Source: Saprospiraceae bacterium
Lineage (GTDB): Bacteria; Bacteroidota; Bacteroidia; Chitinophagales; Saprospiraceae
Reading direction: 5' to 3'
DNA length: 64,000 bases
Assembly (NCBI GenBank): GCA_033722295.1
Contig: JAWVZH010000001.1
Span: 632 to 64,631, forward strand
Shown one piece after another: positions 31,601 to 40,225 of this stretch. The translations under genes and the position numbers were made by a program. Under the pieces are notes generated by a model that was given only the letters and a program-made list of their open reading frames with translations, had not been told where the DNA came from and did not search any database. How positions within the stretch are numbered: the stretch's first letter is position 1; each line of letters opens with the position of its first letter.

Positions 31601-33027
31601 GTGAGATAATGATCACCTTTGAGTCACCTGATAGTATTCGCATGTTCGAGTGGGTCTATCCAGACTCCTCAATTGTCGATATTTCTGATCCTACCGTTGA
31701 CATGCCAGGTGTGTATTCACTGCATGTAACTGGCATGAATGGCTGTACAAATTCTACCTCACTTCTGGTCCGTCCAGCCGTGCCTCCCAATGCTCAGACA
31801 TTTAACGATACTATTTCTTGTATAGATGATACGGCTGTTCTTAGAGCCGACCTGTCGGACGATGTAGATTCTATCTATTGGTACAGTGAGGAAGGATACC
31901 TCTCCACCGATCAAAGTCCCACAGTTCTGGAAGGAGGCACCTATAAACTGGTAGTCATTGGAAAGAATCAGTGCAGGGATACTCTGCCTCTACTTGTTTT
32001 TATGGATACTCTGAGGCCTTCTGCGAATATCGATTCGTCCGGAATCCTGGGATGCTCGTCTACTGTTGTAACACTCAGAGCTGTAGCCGACGGGATGAAC
32101 GCTGACAGATATGGCTATCACTGGGAATCTATAATGAATCCCGGTTCTGTTTCAAACCCCGGCAATGAGCAGGTCCAAATCGATCAGGCAGGCTCATATG
32201 TGCTCATTACGCAAGACCTCGTCAATGGATGCATCACAACAGATACGATCGAAGTGAACAGATTGAGTTCGGATCTGGTCCTGGCCGGAGTGACCGCGAG
32301 AGACCCTTCCTGTAAGGGAGGGCAGGATGGTCGAATAATACTTGGTGCCATATCAGGAGGAATTGATCCGATCAATGTCATACTAAATGGCTCACAATAC
32401 TCTGATATACAGGTTTTTGATTCTTTGGTTAGGGGTAGATATGATTTTCATATCGAAGATGCTGCCGGCTGTGGTCTGGACACAGTGATCGTTTTAAATG
32501 ACGGTCCCGAACTTATATTGGATGTCGGTCCGGATACGCTCATATCTCTTGGAGATACAATTACCTTGCGACCTCAAGAATACCCTGCTCAATGGACCGG
32601 TCTTTTCTGGACTCCTGACGAAAATATTAACGATGTCAATATGCTGAATCCGGCGGTTTCTCCGAACACCACTACTACCTACAGGCTTACAATGATCAAC
32701 CAGGCAGGATGTGAAGTATGGGATGAATTAGTAGTACGTGTTGATGATGAAATCCAGGTTTTTGTGCCCAACATATTTTCACCCAATGGTGACGGGATCA
32801 ATGACCGGTTTCTGCTTTACCCTGGAAAGGGCGTTGAAGATATCATCGATATACGCATCTTTGATAGATGGGGAGAGATGGCTTATTATTCGTCTGTCAA
32901 TGACGGTTGGGACGGTACTATGAATGGAAGACAAAGTCCTGAGGGTGTTTATGTTATATTGGCTCAAATTAGGGGTGAAAGTGGGAATAATTATGTAATT
33001 TCGAAAGATATCACCCTTATCAGGTAA
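28609..33027 (+). CDS. Giant surface protein: proprotein-convertase P-domain, 11 tandem Cys-containing Ig-like repeats, SprB repeat, T9SS type-B C-terminal domain
   Basis: The ATG at 28609 gives the signal peptide MKIMRHLGLFFLLLPGVVASQ (the track start 28552 is a TTG). P-domain motif FLGDLQVFIESPSGQ...GTWTLRFVD. SprB repeat DPSCKGGQDGRI. C-terminus PNIFSPNGDGINDRF...FDRWGEM...WDGTMNG. Confidence 0.85.
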   Translation: MKIMRHLGLFFLLLPGVVASQCRIDTNIQLREVDTLNLTIDIEGALNNDLSDPDQGLCKVRVNFEHEFLGDLQVFIESPSGQMVQLMGPTGNFGLTQFSTWDVCFLPNSEPVSPDAGFNDRWSNNQLWGAFAGTYTGSYHVFFGDLADLDTGPVNGTWTLRFVDRTIFYVGKVLGFELSFCDSTGVMCQPCQPGSFDLEVPDRIFCEGDSLLDFTVDTEYSDQPDSILYEPVIYVVDSTDLIRDIGRNVKLSDASPGTYRICGLSYYLPHDPLLPGVGDNWEKFRDSTQKGDIAICYGFMGCQQIRIRSHSDTTRITETICRGDTIDIFDDQYFETGRYVLKDQNLVGCDSVVLLELTVVDFVPEVVLDTLDCINSTVILDGSASIGPAGFTMEWSTDQGMIEDTLDEGIIRVSQSGQYTLVLSAGQCTDSLVVEVIEDDEVPQLEILGDTLNCTNTSVVLYSTTSADQPTYQWQFGGNIVGDDDSLFVDTAGMYQLTVTDDNGCSKSQSFRVFVDTVSPDPEVRVDSITCLSDTAEVFLLDSLNFQSVQWEGPGNFTSFQSRILLDEPGTFVVTVEAENGCVDSLAVEVRDIRDFPMITFKTDTITCQNEEADIVAIPNMRVSSYEWEGPGGFISEDSSVTVVEPGLYRLSVTGENGCEVDTAIEILSERELLDLRLFADSLECGKSSPKAWYTVEASFQNSMWTTPSGQQVATDSVLLDREGFYRLLVTTPKGCIYADSIFITDYRNVYDAVLNGGKISCKDDSVTVAARTGVGKLDYTWFYSGRQVGADSAILVGQAGWYSVVIEDSSDCQYSDSILVVADTSSPDIRIMGDSVLSCSELFSEIRIESDSILSNIQWVGPNGLLGDDRVVRIDQPGLYVVSAEASNGCVAYDSLLISQDTTKPAFDITGGTITCDQSTVILEPTRQENNWRFEWILPNSDTSEQLDLEVTVPGTYALLVTNEGNGCRTLRSIEILSDTMTPEVNVRDTSLACPSGEIMITFESPDSIRMFEWVYPDSSIVDISDPTVDMPGVYSLHVTGMNGCTNSTSLLVRPAVPPNAQTFNDTISCIDDTAVLRADLSDDVDSIYWYSEEGYLSTDQSPTVLEGGTYKLVVIGKNQCRDTLPLLVFMDTLRPSANIDSSGILGCSSTVVTLRAVADGMNADRYGYHWESIMNPGSVSNPGNEQVQIDQAGSYVLITQDLVNGCITTDTIEVNRLSSDLVLAGVTARDPSCKGGQDGRIILGAISGGIDPINVILNGSQYSDIQVFDSLVRGRYDFHIEDAAGCGLDTVIVLNDGPELILDVGPDTLISLGDTITLRPQEYPAQWTGLFWTPDENINDVNMLNPAVSPNTTTTYRLTMINQAGCEVWDELVVRVDDEIQVFVPNIFSPNGDGINDRFLLYPGKGVEDIIDIRIFDRWGEMAYYSSVNDGWDGTMNGRQSPEGVYVILAQIRGESGNNYVISKDITLIR
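29701..32266 (+). repeat. 11 tandem ~75-80-aa repeats (L/I-x-C ... Y-x-W ... PG-x-Y ... NGC)
   Basis: Counted in the translation, from LDCINSTVILDG through to LGCSSTVVTLRA. Confidence 0.7.
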
Positions 33028-33217
33028 ATAATATTCTCGTTCAAGCAGCAGATTACCACTTCAGGGGGTCCATATTGTATGGAGATCACCTGCCAAAAGT
33101 GGTAAGGAAATTGTACCATATTAATTAATTTTATTTTAAATCTCGATAACCGTTTGACCACGAGAGAGTAACAACTTTTTCGAGTCAAATGAATAGTCTT
33201 TAGATAATCCAACGGGT

Positions 33218-36200
33218 ATGATTAAAAGAATATTTACTATTCTCTCATTTTTTGCACTTGTGCCTCTTTCTTCGAGTGCGCAATGTCCCGGTGCCTTCGA
33301 TTGTGAAGCGAGCCAGGTACTATGTTCTATTGACCAATTGAATGGCTTTACATGTAGTAACCCGGTCACACCAAATGTGACCTTTCCATTTCCGAACCTT
33401 TGTTTTGGAGTTGGTGTGCCGCATAATTTGAACTGGTGGGCCTTTATTGGTGCAGGTGGAGCCTTGAACCTGACATTTAACTTCGACATTAACAGCTGTG
33501 AGATACCTTTTGGTATCCAGGCAGGTGTATTTGAAGGCAATTGCGACGGTTCTGTAGTGTGGGACTGTAATGCGAGTTGTAATACCTCCACGTTTACACT
33601 CTCAGGTGCAACACAGAAATGCGAGATCTATTACGTATGGGTGGATGGTTGCAACGGTGATGTTTGTACTTACAATATCTCCGTCAATGGAAATGGTGGG
33701 CCTCCCACTTTGCAAAGGCCGATGCCCGCATTGCAAATTGTAGGCAATCCCTGCGCCGGAGGTCAGGTCGATGTTGAATTTCCGGGATATGCCGATGGAT
33801 GCGAGCCTACTTACGAGTGGACCGTTGATGGCGTACCTACTGGAGGCACTGAGGATGAGTCAGTAACAGTCGACATACCATGTCAGGATCCATTGAATCC
33901 TATTCAGGTGTGCCTGACGGCAACTATTGGTAACCCTGCATCAGGAAGTATTTGTGATCAGGACTTTCAGTGTATCACAGTAGTGCCGATACCTCCAGAT
34001 CAGCACTTCGGCCAATGTAGAGTCGTTTGCTTTGAGAATCAGCCCGTATTCTGGCAGGGTGTACAGATAACATCGAGTTGTATCAACCCTCCTTGTTCTG
34101 TAAGGACGACCATAGCGGGTTCGGATTGTTGTGTGGATTCCATCAGGTCTTTCATTTTATTGAGACCTCCTGGCATTGGCGCAAAAGATACATTTGTTTG
34201 CGATCCTAATATTCCTATCATCACTGAAGACTTTCAAACACATGTTGGAGAGGTCTGTGATGAGTTGATAGAATTTAAAAGAAGGGTTGTTCACCCGGCA
34301 TGTCCGTCAAATATACAGTTGTGCGATACGTCGTACTACCTGACGATCGGAAGATTTGATTACGAACACGAGTTTGAATTCGAGTGTGGTGCCTGCGCAG
34401 GACAAGTGACGATATTCCCAAATGCGGAGTATGTCGGAAGATGTCCTCAGTTCCTTGGACAGGTCACATTACAACTGTTCTGGTATAATCAACTTACTGG
34501 AGATCAGTTGGGTGTTACCAGTGGAACCGGCTCCATAAATGTGACAAAACCGGGTACGTACTGTTTCACAGTAGAAGGCAGATACAGGGATGTAGTTTGT
34601 CCTGTACTTCAGCCTGAATGCATCACTATTCCTGAAAGCTTTTTCCCATCGAAACCTCCGATATCAGGAGACACGGTGATCTGTGCTCAGCGATATACAG
34701 CTTATGAAACAAGAGATAGCTCTGATATATGTGACTTTATATGGACGGTACAAAGCGGAGGTGGACGAATCATCACGCCTAACTCCCTGGACTCTAACAG
34801 GGTAGTGGTAGATTGGGCTAACAGAACCGGTTCGGAAGGCGTGGTCTGCGTACAAACTGTCGCTGATTGTGGTACAAGGGATAGCTGTATAACAGTGAAA
34901 TTCCTTCCTGCGCCTGACCCTGACGCGGGTCCAGACCAAGTAGTCTGTGCTCAGTCAACGAATTTTGAAGGCGTAGAAGATTTTGGTGGTGGAAACTGGG
35001 AGCAGATAGGAGGACCGTCAATGGCCAATATAGCGGACATCAATGATGTCAATTCATTGGTTAATGTTGACAGATACGGTTCTTACCAGTTTATATGGAC
35101 AGAAACGAATCTGGACTGCAGCGGCTCTGATACGGTGAACATCCTTTTCCGTCCGGATCCTGAACCAAACAATATAGATACGATCTGTAGCAATGATGCT
35201 ACAAGTTTTAGAATCAGGTTCGAGATCAACAAAGGTCAACCACCTTACACAATTGTAGCTGGTGGTGGTAATATAGTCATGGATTCGATCTATACTTCAG
35301 ATACAATCCCTGATAATACACCAACGACCATTACCATCAAAGATGATTATGGTTGTGAATTCACCTTTGTCGTTGATCATGACTGCGTTTGTAACAATGC
35401 ACCTGGAGATATTGCAACGGATACAATAAAATTATGTGGCCCGGATGGCGAAGCCTGTGGGGATTACGATCCGACCAATATGATTCTCGAGCAAGGACTG
35501 GATACCTTCATGTATGTGCTTTATGAAACTGTAGGCAGGATTCAACCAACCTTGTTGGCAATGAATCATACCGGATGTTTCACATTCGATCCGAATACAA
35601 TGAATTTGGATCAGATCTACTACATAGGTGTCGTTGTAGGCCGTAAAGATCAGTTCGGAAACGTAGACTTTGATGGTGGATGCCTCCAGACGGTTGAAGC
35701 TCAGCCGGTGATATGGTATACAATTCCGACACCGGATGCTGGTCCTGACGATCAGGTATGTGGAAAGAGCATCAGCCTTAATGGCTCGCTTAGCCTTAAT
35801 GGATCATTCAGATGGTTAAACACACAAGGCGCGAGCATTGCTGACAATGGTGACCTTAATACCTCTGTCACAGTTACGGATTTCGGAGTATACAACTTTG
35901 TTCTGGAAGAGGTCAATGGTATTTGTCCGAATACGGATACAGTGACCATCGCCTTTAACGAGTCTCCGATGGCAACCAACATTGTTCCAGAGTGTATCGA
36001 TCTGATCATCAATACATATGAAGTGTGCTTTACGATAAATCTCGGTACCCCACCATACACTATCGTAAGCGGAAATGGTACCATCACCAATGGTAACATG
36101 TTCTGCTCAGATACATTGAATGGTGATACCTTGTACAATATCGTTGTCGAAGATGCCAATGGCTGCTCCTTCACGCTACCAGTTGAATTTAGTTGTGATT

Positions 36201-38932
36201 GCGGCAATACAGATGTAGGTACTATGGATTCCACGCTAATCGAACTATGCGTGGATCAGTGCGCAAACATTACTACCAATGGTACCGAGGTATTGCAGCC
36301 TGATGAGGAAACATACTTTGTTCTTCATGAAGGAAGTGGTCCATTTATCCAGAATGAGATCATACGGAAGCCTTATGATCATTTAGCCAACCCTGCTGAA
36401 GTTGTGGAATTCTGTTTTGACGCTTCTGCCGGTATGGTGACCAATCAGCGATACTACATATCCAGGCTGGTTCATGAAGAGAATGCTCCTGACGATCCAT
36501 GTAGAAGGATCGCACCTGGGCAACCCGTGATCTGGTATGATTATCCGAATGCGGATGCTGGTCCCGATATGGACTTCTGTGGTCTCACGGGAGATTTGGG
36601 TGCCAATCCTAGTTTGGGTACGGGCACCTGGACACTCCTTAACGGACCAGGTAATGCCATATTCGCAGGAGGAATGGCTTCGCAGATGATCACGGTGGAT
36701 GCTTACGGAACCTATACATTCCAGTGGGAAGAAGACAATAAGACATGTACGGATAGTGATGTAGTGGAATTGACCTTCCATGACGCTCCGAGGATCACTG
36801 ATGTGAGCTTCGAATGTGATGATGTAGCTGAAAATTACAGGATCACGATAGTATTGGCAGACGGTGAACAGTCTACTTATGAGATAAGCGGTGTGCCAAT
36901 TGCAGATCAATTGGACGCGAACACATTTGTTACAGACTGGATACCTACAGGCGATGCAGTAACTTTCTGTGCTACAGATTTCTGGGATTGCGCGCCGGCT
37001 TGTCTCGACACTACTTATGTTTGTGAGTGTCTGACAGAGCCAGGAACGATTTCGTCGGATGATATACTTTGTATCGATGAGTGTGTTCAGGCCAGTCATG
37101 TGGGTGGCAATCTCGACCCGAATGATGTACTAAGATTCGTACTCCATGATGGTGATGCCAATAACTTGGGCAGTAATATCATAGAGTGCAACGCTACAGG
37201 CGAATTCTGTTTCGATCCTTTCGCCATGATGCCGAATACAACATATTACATTACTGCTCTTGCCGGTAATCCGGGAAGTAATGATTGTGTTGACTTAACG
37301 GAAAGATGCGCTGTAATAACGGATGGCATACCCGTAACCTGGTATGAGTACCCAGTCTCGGCCATTGCGCAGTCCGATCCTGAATTTACTTGTGAGATCG
37401 ACAGTATGATCCTGGATGGTACCGGATCAACAGGTCCCGGACCTTTGACCTATAACTGGATCCCGTTATCCGGCTCGATCTGCCCTAGTTCAGATGCGGG
37501 AGATGCCAGTATCAATATTTGTGCGGCAGGCACTTATATACTTGAGGTAACGCATACCTTGAGTGGGTGCTCCAACAGAGATACTATTGTGATCACTGCC
37601 GACGAGAATATACCAAGCGTAGATCCAGGTGATGATCTGTTACTTACATGCGATGTTACCTCCGTAGAACTGGATGGTACCGGTACTGATTTCGGTGGTG
37701 ATTTTGAGGTGACCTGGTTCGATCCTCAGGACAATCCTATCAGCAATTCGTTGAAAGTGACGGTCAGTGAACCTGGTACTTATCGCATTTATGTCATCAA
37801 TGATATTACAAGTTGTGATAATGAGGCTACCGTTGAAGTAAGACAGGATATAGAACCACCTACAGCTAATATCGAGCAAGTGGGTGAATTGACGTGCTCT
37901 GTGGACGAAATTACATTGAACAGCAATGGAACGAGTACCAGAGGAGGTGTGAGAACTTATGAGTGGTCTACAACGAATGGTAATATTTCTGGATCAACAA
38001 GCGGATCTTCGATCCAGGTAACCGATCCCGGAGTGTACCAGTTGATCGTAGTAGATGACATCAATGGCTGTAAGGATACCATTTCTATCCCGGTTGACGA
38101 GATAGGAAATACCCTTGCAAGATTTGAGATCACGCCTACACCGCCTACTTGTTTTGGCGATGTCGATGGTGTGATAGTGATCGACAGGACCATTGGCGGT
38201 GATCCACCATTGGAGTATTCTATCGATGGAGGTCCTTTCGGCGGTTCGAATACCTTCACAAACCTCGCTCCTGGTGACTATAGGATCACTGTTCGAGATG
38301 TCAACGGTTGTGAGATGGATACAGTGATCACTATCCCCGAAACTCCGGAGATCGGTATAGAAGCCAAAGAGGATCTCTTCAAGGAGGCTGGTGATGACGT
38401 GAGACTTGATACGCTTATCAAGCGCATCTTTGGTGTGACTTACGAAGAAGCGGATTCCATCTTGTGGTTCAATACAGAAACGGGTGAGCAATATACGTTC
38501 GATGAATTGCTAGACAGTCTGCTCAATAAGGTAGACCTCAGAGTGGAATTGTGGGAAAACGGATGTTTGGATGTAGACTTCATTACAATATTTGTGAAGT
38601 ACACAAGAAGGGTCTATATACCGAACGTGATTATTCCTGGGTCCAGCAGTGGAATCGAAGAGAATCAGTATCTGACATTCCATGCGAACAAGAACAGGGT
38701 AACTAACATCAATTTCCTCAGGGTATATGATCGTTGGGGTGAATTGGTCTATGCCAAGGATAACATTGAATACGACGATCGTCTGGGTAGAAGCTTAGAA
38801 GGTTGGAATGGTACTTTCAATGGTGAATTGATGAATCCAGGAGTCTTCGTTTACCACTTCCAGGTTGAATTCCTGGGTGGAGCTGTAGAGGATTTCTTCG
38901 GAGACGTTACCGTCCTGCTTAAATCGAATTAA
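33218..38932 (+). CDS. Giant (1904 aa) surface protein with Cys-rich N-domain, 3x ~272-aa super-repeat, three Ig-like repeats, SprB repeat and T9SS type-B C-terminal domain
   Basis: ATG start with signal peptide (MIKRIFTILSFFALVPLSSSAQ). SprB repeat PTCFGDVDGVI. C-terminus YIPNVI...YDRWGELVY...GWNGTFNGELMNPGVFVY. Confidence 0.85.
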   Translation: MIKRIFTILSFFALVPLSSSAQCPGAFDCEASQVLCSIDQLNGFTCSNPVTPNVTFPFPNLCFGVGVPHNLNWWAFIGAGGALNLTFNFDINSCEIPFGIQAGVFEGNCDGSVVWDCNASCNTSTFTLSGATQKCEIYYVWVDGCNGDVCTYNISVNGNGGPPTLQRPMPALQIVGNPCAGGQVDVEFPGYADGCEPTYEWTVDGVPTGGTEDESVTVDIPCQDPLNPIQVCLTATIGNPASGSICDQDFQCITVVPIPPDQHFGQCRVVCFENQPVFWQGVQITSSCINPPCSVRTTIAGSDCCVDSIRSFILLRPPGIGAKDTFVCDPNIPIITEDFQTHVGEVCDELIEFKRRVVHPACPSNIQLCDTSYYLTIGRFDYEHEFEFECGACAGQVTIFPNAEYVGRCPQFLGQVTLQLFWYNQLTGDQLGVTSGTGSINVTKPGTYCFTVEGRYRDVVCPVLQPECITIPESFFPSKPPISGDTVICAQRYTAYETRDSSDICDFIWTVQSGGGRIITPNSLDSNRVVVDWANRTGSEGVVCVQTVADCGTRDSCITVKFLPAPDPDAGPDQVVCAQSTNFEGVEDFGGGNWEQIGGPSMANIADINDVNSLVNVDRYGSYQFIWTETNLDCSGSDTVNILFRPDPEPNNIDTICSNDATSFRIRFEINKGQPPYTIVAGGGNIVMDSIYTSDTIPDNTPTTITIKDDYGCEFTFVVDHDCVCNNAPGDIATDTIKLCGPDGEACGDYDPTNMILEQGLDTFMYVLYETVGRIQPTLLAMNHTGCFTFDPNTMNLDQIYYIGVVVGRKDQFGNVDFDGGCLQTVEAQPVIWYTIPTPDAGPDDQVCGKSISLNGSLSLNGSFRWLNTQGASIADNGDLNTSVTVTDFGVYNFVLEEVNGICPNTDTVTIAFNESPMATNIVPECIDLIINTYEVCFTINLGTPPYTIVSGNGTITNGNMFCSDTLNGDTLYNIVVEDANGCSFTLPVEFSCDCGNTDVGTMDSTLIELCVDQCANITTNGTEVLQPDEETYFVLHEGSGPFIQNEIIRKPYDHLANPAEVVEFCFDASAGMVTNQRYYISRLVHEENAPDDPCRRIAPGQPVIWYDYPNADAGPDMDFCGLTGDLGANPSLGTGTWTLLNGPGNAIFAGGMASQMITVDAYGTYTFQWEEDNKTCTDSDVVELTFHDAPRITDVSFECDDVAENYRITIVLADGEQSTYEISGVPIADQLDANTFVTDWIPTGDAVTFCATDFWDCAPACLDTTYVCECLTEPGTISSDDILCIDECVQASHVGGNLDPNDVLRFVLHDGDANNLGSNIIECNATGEFCFDPFAMMPNTTYYITALAGNPGSNDCVDLTERCAVITDGIPVTWYEYPVSAIAQSDPEFTCEIDSMILDGTGSTGPGPLTYNWIPLSGSICPSSDAGDASINICAAGTYILEVTHTLSGCSNRDTIVITADENIPSVDPGDDLLLTCDVTSVELDGTGTDFGGDFEVTWFDPQDNPISNSLKVTVSEPGTYRIYVINDITSCDNEATVEVRQDIEPPTANIEQVGELTCSVDEITLNSNGTSTRGGVRTYEWSTTNGNISGSTSGSSIQVTDPGVYQLIVVDDINGCKDTISIPVDEIGNTLARFEITPTPPTCFGDVDGVIVIDRTIGGDPPLEYSIDGGPFGGSNTFTNLAPGDYRITVRDVNGCEMDTVITIPETPEIGIEAKEDLFKEAGDDVRLDTLIKRIFGVTYEEADSILWFNTETGEQYTFDELLDSLLNKVDLRVELWENGCLDVDFITIFVKYTRRVYIPNVIIPGSSSGIEENQYLTFHANKNRVTNINFLRVYDRWGELVYAKDNIEYDDRLGRSLEGWNGTFNGELMNPGVFVYHFQVEFLGGAVEDFFGDVTVLLKSN
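34908..37360 (+). repeat. Three tandem divergent ~816-821-nt (~272-aa) super-repeats
   Basis: Units start at about 34908, 35729 and 36545. Each contains D-AGPD..C, then G.PPYTI or an equivalent, then a C.C...G....D..LC...VLH.G...FCFD...YYI module. Confidence 0.7.
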
Positions 38933-38956
38933 TCTTATATCCTAGATAAATAATAT

Positions 38957-38991
38957 GAGGCTCATGGATCATTGATCTGTGAGCCTTTTTT
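38957..38991 (+). terminator. Rho-independent terminator
   Basis: AGGCTCA/TGAGCCT stem followed by TTTTTT. Confidence 0.75.
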
Positions 38992-39112
38992 ATCCTTAGA
39001 TCTGAAAGAGGTGATTGATAAAACCGGGAACGATGAGGATCGTATACCGATACTTGAGGCAGGGTAGGGGTACGAAAAAGGTCGGGCGAAAGATTGGGAG
39101 ATATAAATGTAT

Positions 39113-39784
39113 TTATTTCGCGTCGAGATGGTCTTTGACCAGTCCCAGAACGTAATTCAATTGTTGTTCACGATCCATATCACTGTTGTCGATGAGAATG
39201 GCGTCTTCTGCTTTGACAAGAGGGCTGTCTTCCCGGGTCGAGTCGATGTGATCCCGGTATTTCAGATTTTCTATGACCTTTGATCTGGTCATTGGAATGT
39301 TCCTTTGTAGAAGTTCTTCATGCCGTCTGTTCGCACGAACATTGAGATCGGCCGTCAGGAAAATCTTGACATCCGCATCAGGAAAAACCACCGTTCCTAT
39401 ATCCCGGCCATCCATCACGATTCCACCTGATTTTTTATAGGATTGTTGAAGAGCGACCAGTAGGCTTCTTACGCTGCTGATGGTCGCCACCTGGCTGACC
39501 ATCTCCGAGACTTCAGCTTTTCTGATGTCCAGTGTTACATTCTCATTGTTTAGAAAAACCTGGTTGTCCCGAGTAAGTTCAATTTCCAGGTTTTCCAAAG
39601 CATTGAGGATCGCTTTCTCATCCTCCAGACTGATATTATGCCTTAAAAAGTAGAGAGTAACAGCGCGATACATGGCGCCTGAATCTATGTAGGTGTAACC
39701 AAGGGCATGAGCCAGGTCTCGAGCTAACGTACTTTTACCGCATGAAGAGTGTCCGTCAATAGCAATGGTTAAAAGATGGGTCAT
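39113..39784 (-). CDS. cmk: Cytidylate kinase
   Basis: IAIDGHSSCGKST P-loop and a full-length CMP-kinase-like sequence. Confidence 0.93.
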   Translation of the reverse strand: MTHLLTIAIDGHSSCGKSTLARDLAHALGYTYIDSGAMYRAVTLYFLRHNISLEDEKAILNALENLEIELTRDNQVFLNNENVTLDIRKAEVSEMVSQVATISSVRSLLVALQQSYKKSGGIVMDGRDIGTVVFPDADVKIFLTADLNVRANRRHEELLQRNIPMTRSKVIENLKYRDHIDSTREDSPLVKAEDAILIDNSDMDREQQLNYVLGLVKDHLDAK

Positions 39785-39806
39785 GATTCACGCCTGATGG
39801 TTTATG

Positions 39807-39814
39807 CAAATATA
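39807..39814 (-). promoter_or_regulatory. -7 box TATATTTG (minus strand)
   Basis: CAAATATA on the plus strand, 23 nt upstream of the cmk ATG. Confidence 0.4.
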
Positions 39815-39836
39815 TGACAGCGTCGATCATGCATCT

Positions 39837-40058
39837 TTAGTATTCGTCCTCATTAAACAGGAAATCATCCTTTCTGGGAAAATCGGGCCATATATCTATC
39901 ATAGATTCGTAGGCTTCCCCCTCGTCTTCCATTTCCTGTAAATTCTCGATCACTTCAAGAGGGGCCCCCGAGCGTATGGCATAATCAATGAGTTCGTCTC
40001 TGGTTGCCGGCCAGGGTGCATCTTCCAAGTGATGAGCTAATTCTAATGTCCAGTACAT
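39837..40058 (-). CDS. DUF2795-family small protein
   Basis: 73 aa. LEDAPWPATRDELIDYAIRSGAPLEVIENL resembles DUF2795 as I recall it. Confidence 0.75.
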   Translation of the reverse strand: MYWTLELAHHLEDAPWPATRDELIDYAIRSGAPLEVIENLQEMEDEGEAYESMIDIWPDFPRKDDFLFNEDEY

Positions 40059-40127
40059 ATCCTCTAACTACGTTAATTACAGTGCTATAATGCAGCTCCG
40101 TACGCCCAAAGTTCCCACAAATGTATA

Positions 40128-40135
40128 AAACAGGT
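40128..40135 (-). promoter_or_regulatory. -7 box TACATTTG (minus strand)
   Basis: CAAATGTA on the plus strand, ~70 nt upstream of the DUF2795 gene ATG. Confidence 0.3.
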
Positions 40136-40183
40136 CCTTTTGTGGCAATAGTCCCATGATTTAAATCTCAGATAATAGATCAA

Positions 40184-40210
40184 ACATAAATATTTACAAA
40201 ATATTTATGT
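40184..40210 (-). terminator. Perfect 12-bp AT-rich inverted repeat downstream of queA
   Basis: ACATAAATATTT-ACA-AAATATTTATGT, 15 nt after the queA stop. Could be a terminator or a protein-binding palindrome. Confidence 0.4.
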
Positions 40211-40225
40211 GTTACTTTCTATATA

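Noticed and set aside
33136-33591. 151-aa minus-strand ORF spanning the start of the giant gene at 33218
   Set aside because: It overlaps the signal peptide and Cys-rich head of the sense gene. It has no promoter box and no recognisable family.
36383-37099. 238-aa minus-strand ORF inside the 1904-aa gene
   Set aside because: It is antisense to a continuous 5.7-kb ORF that has clear domain repeats and a T9SS C-terminal domain, and its translation has no motif. The same reasoning applies to 35752-36234, 37994-38491 and 28714-29277.
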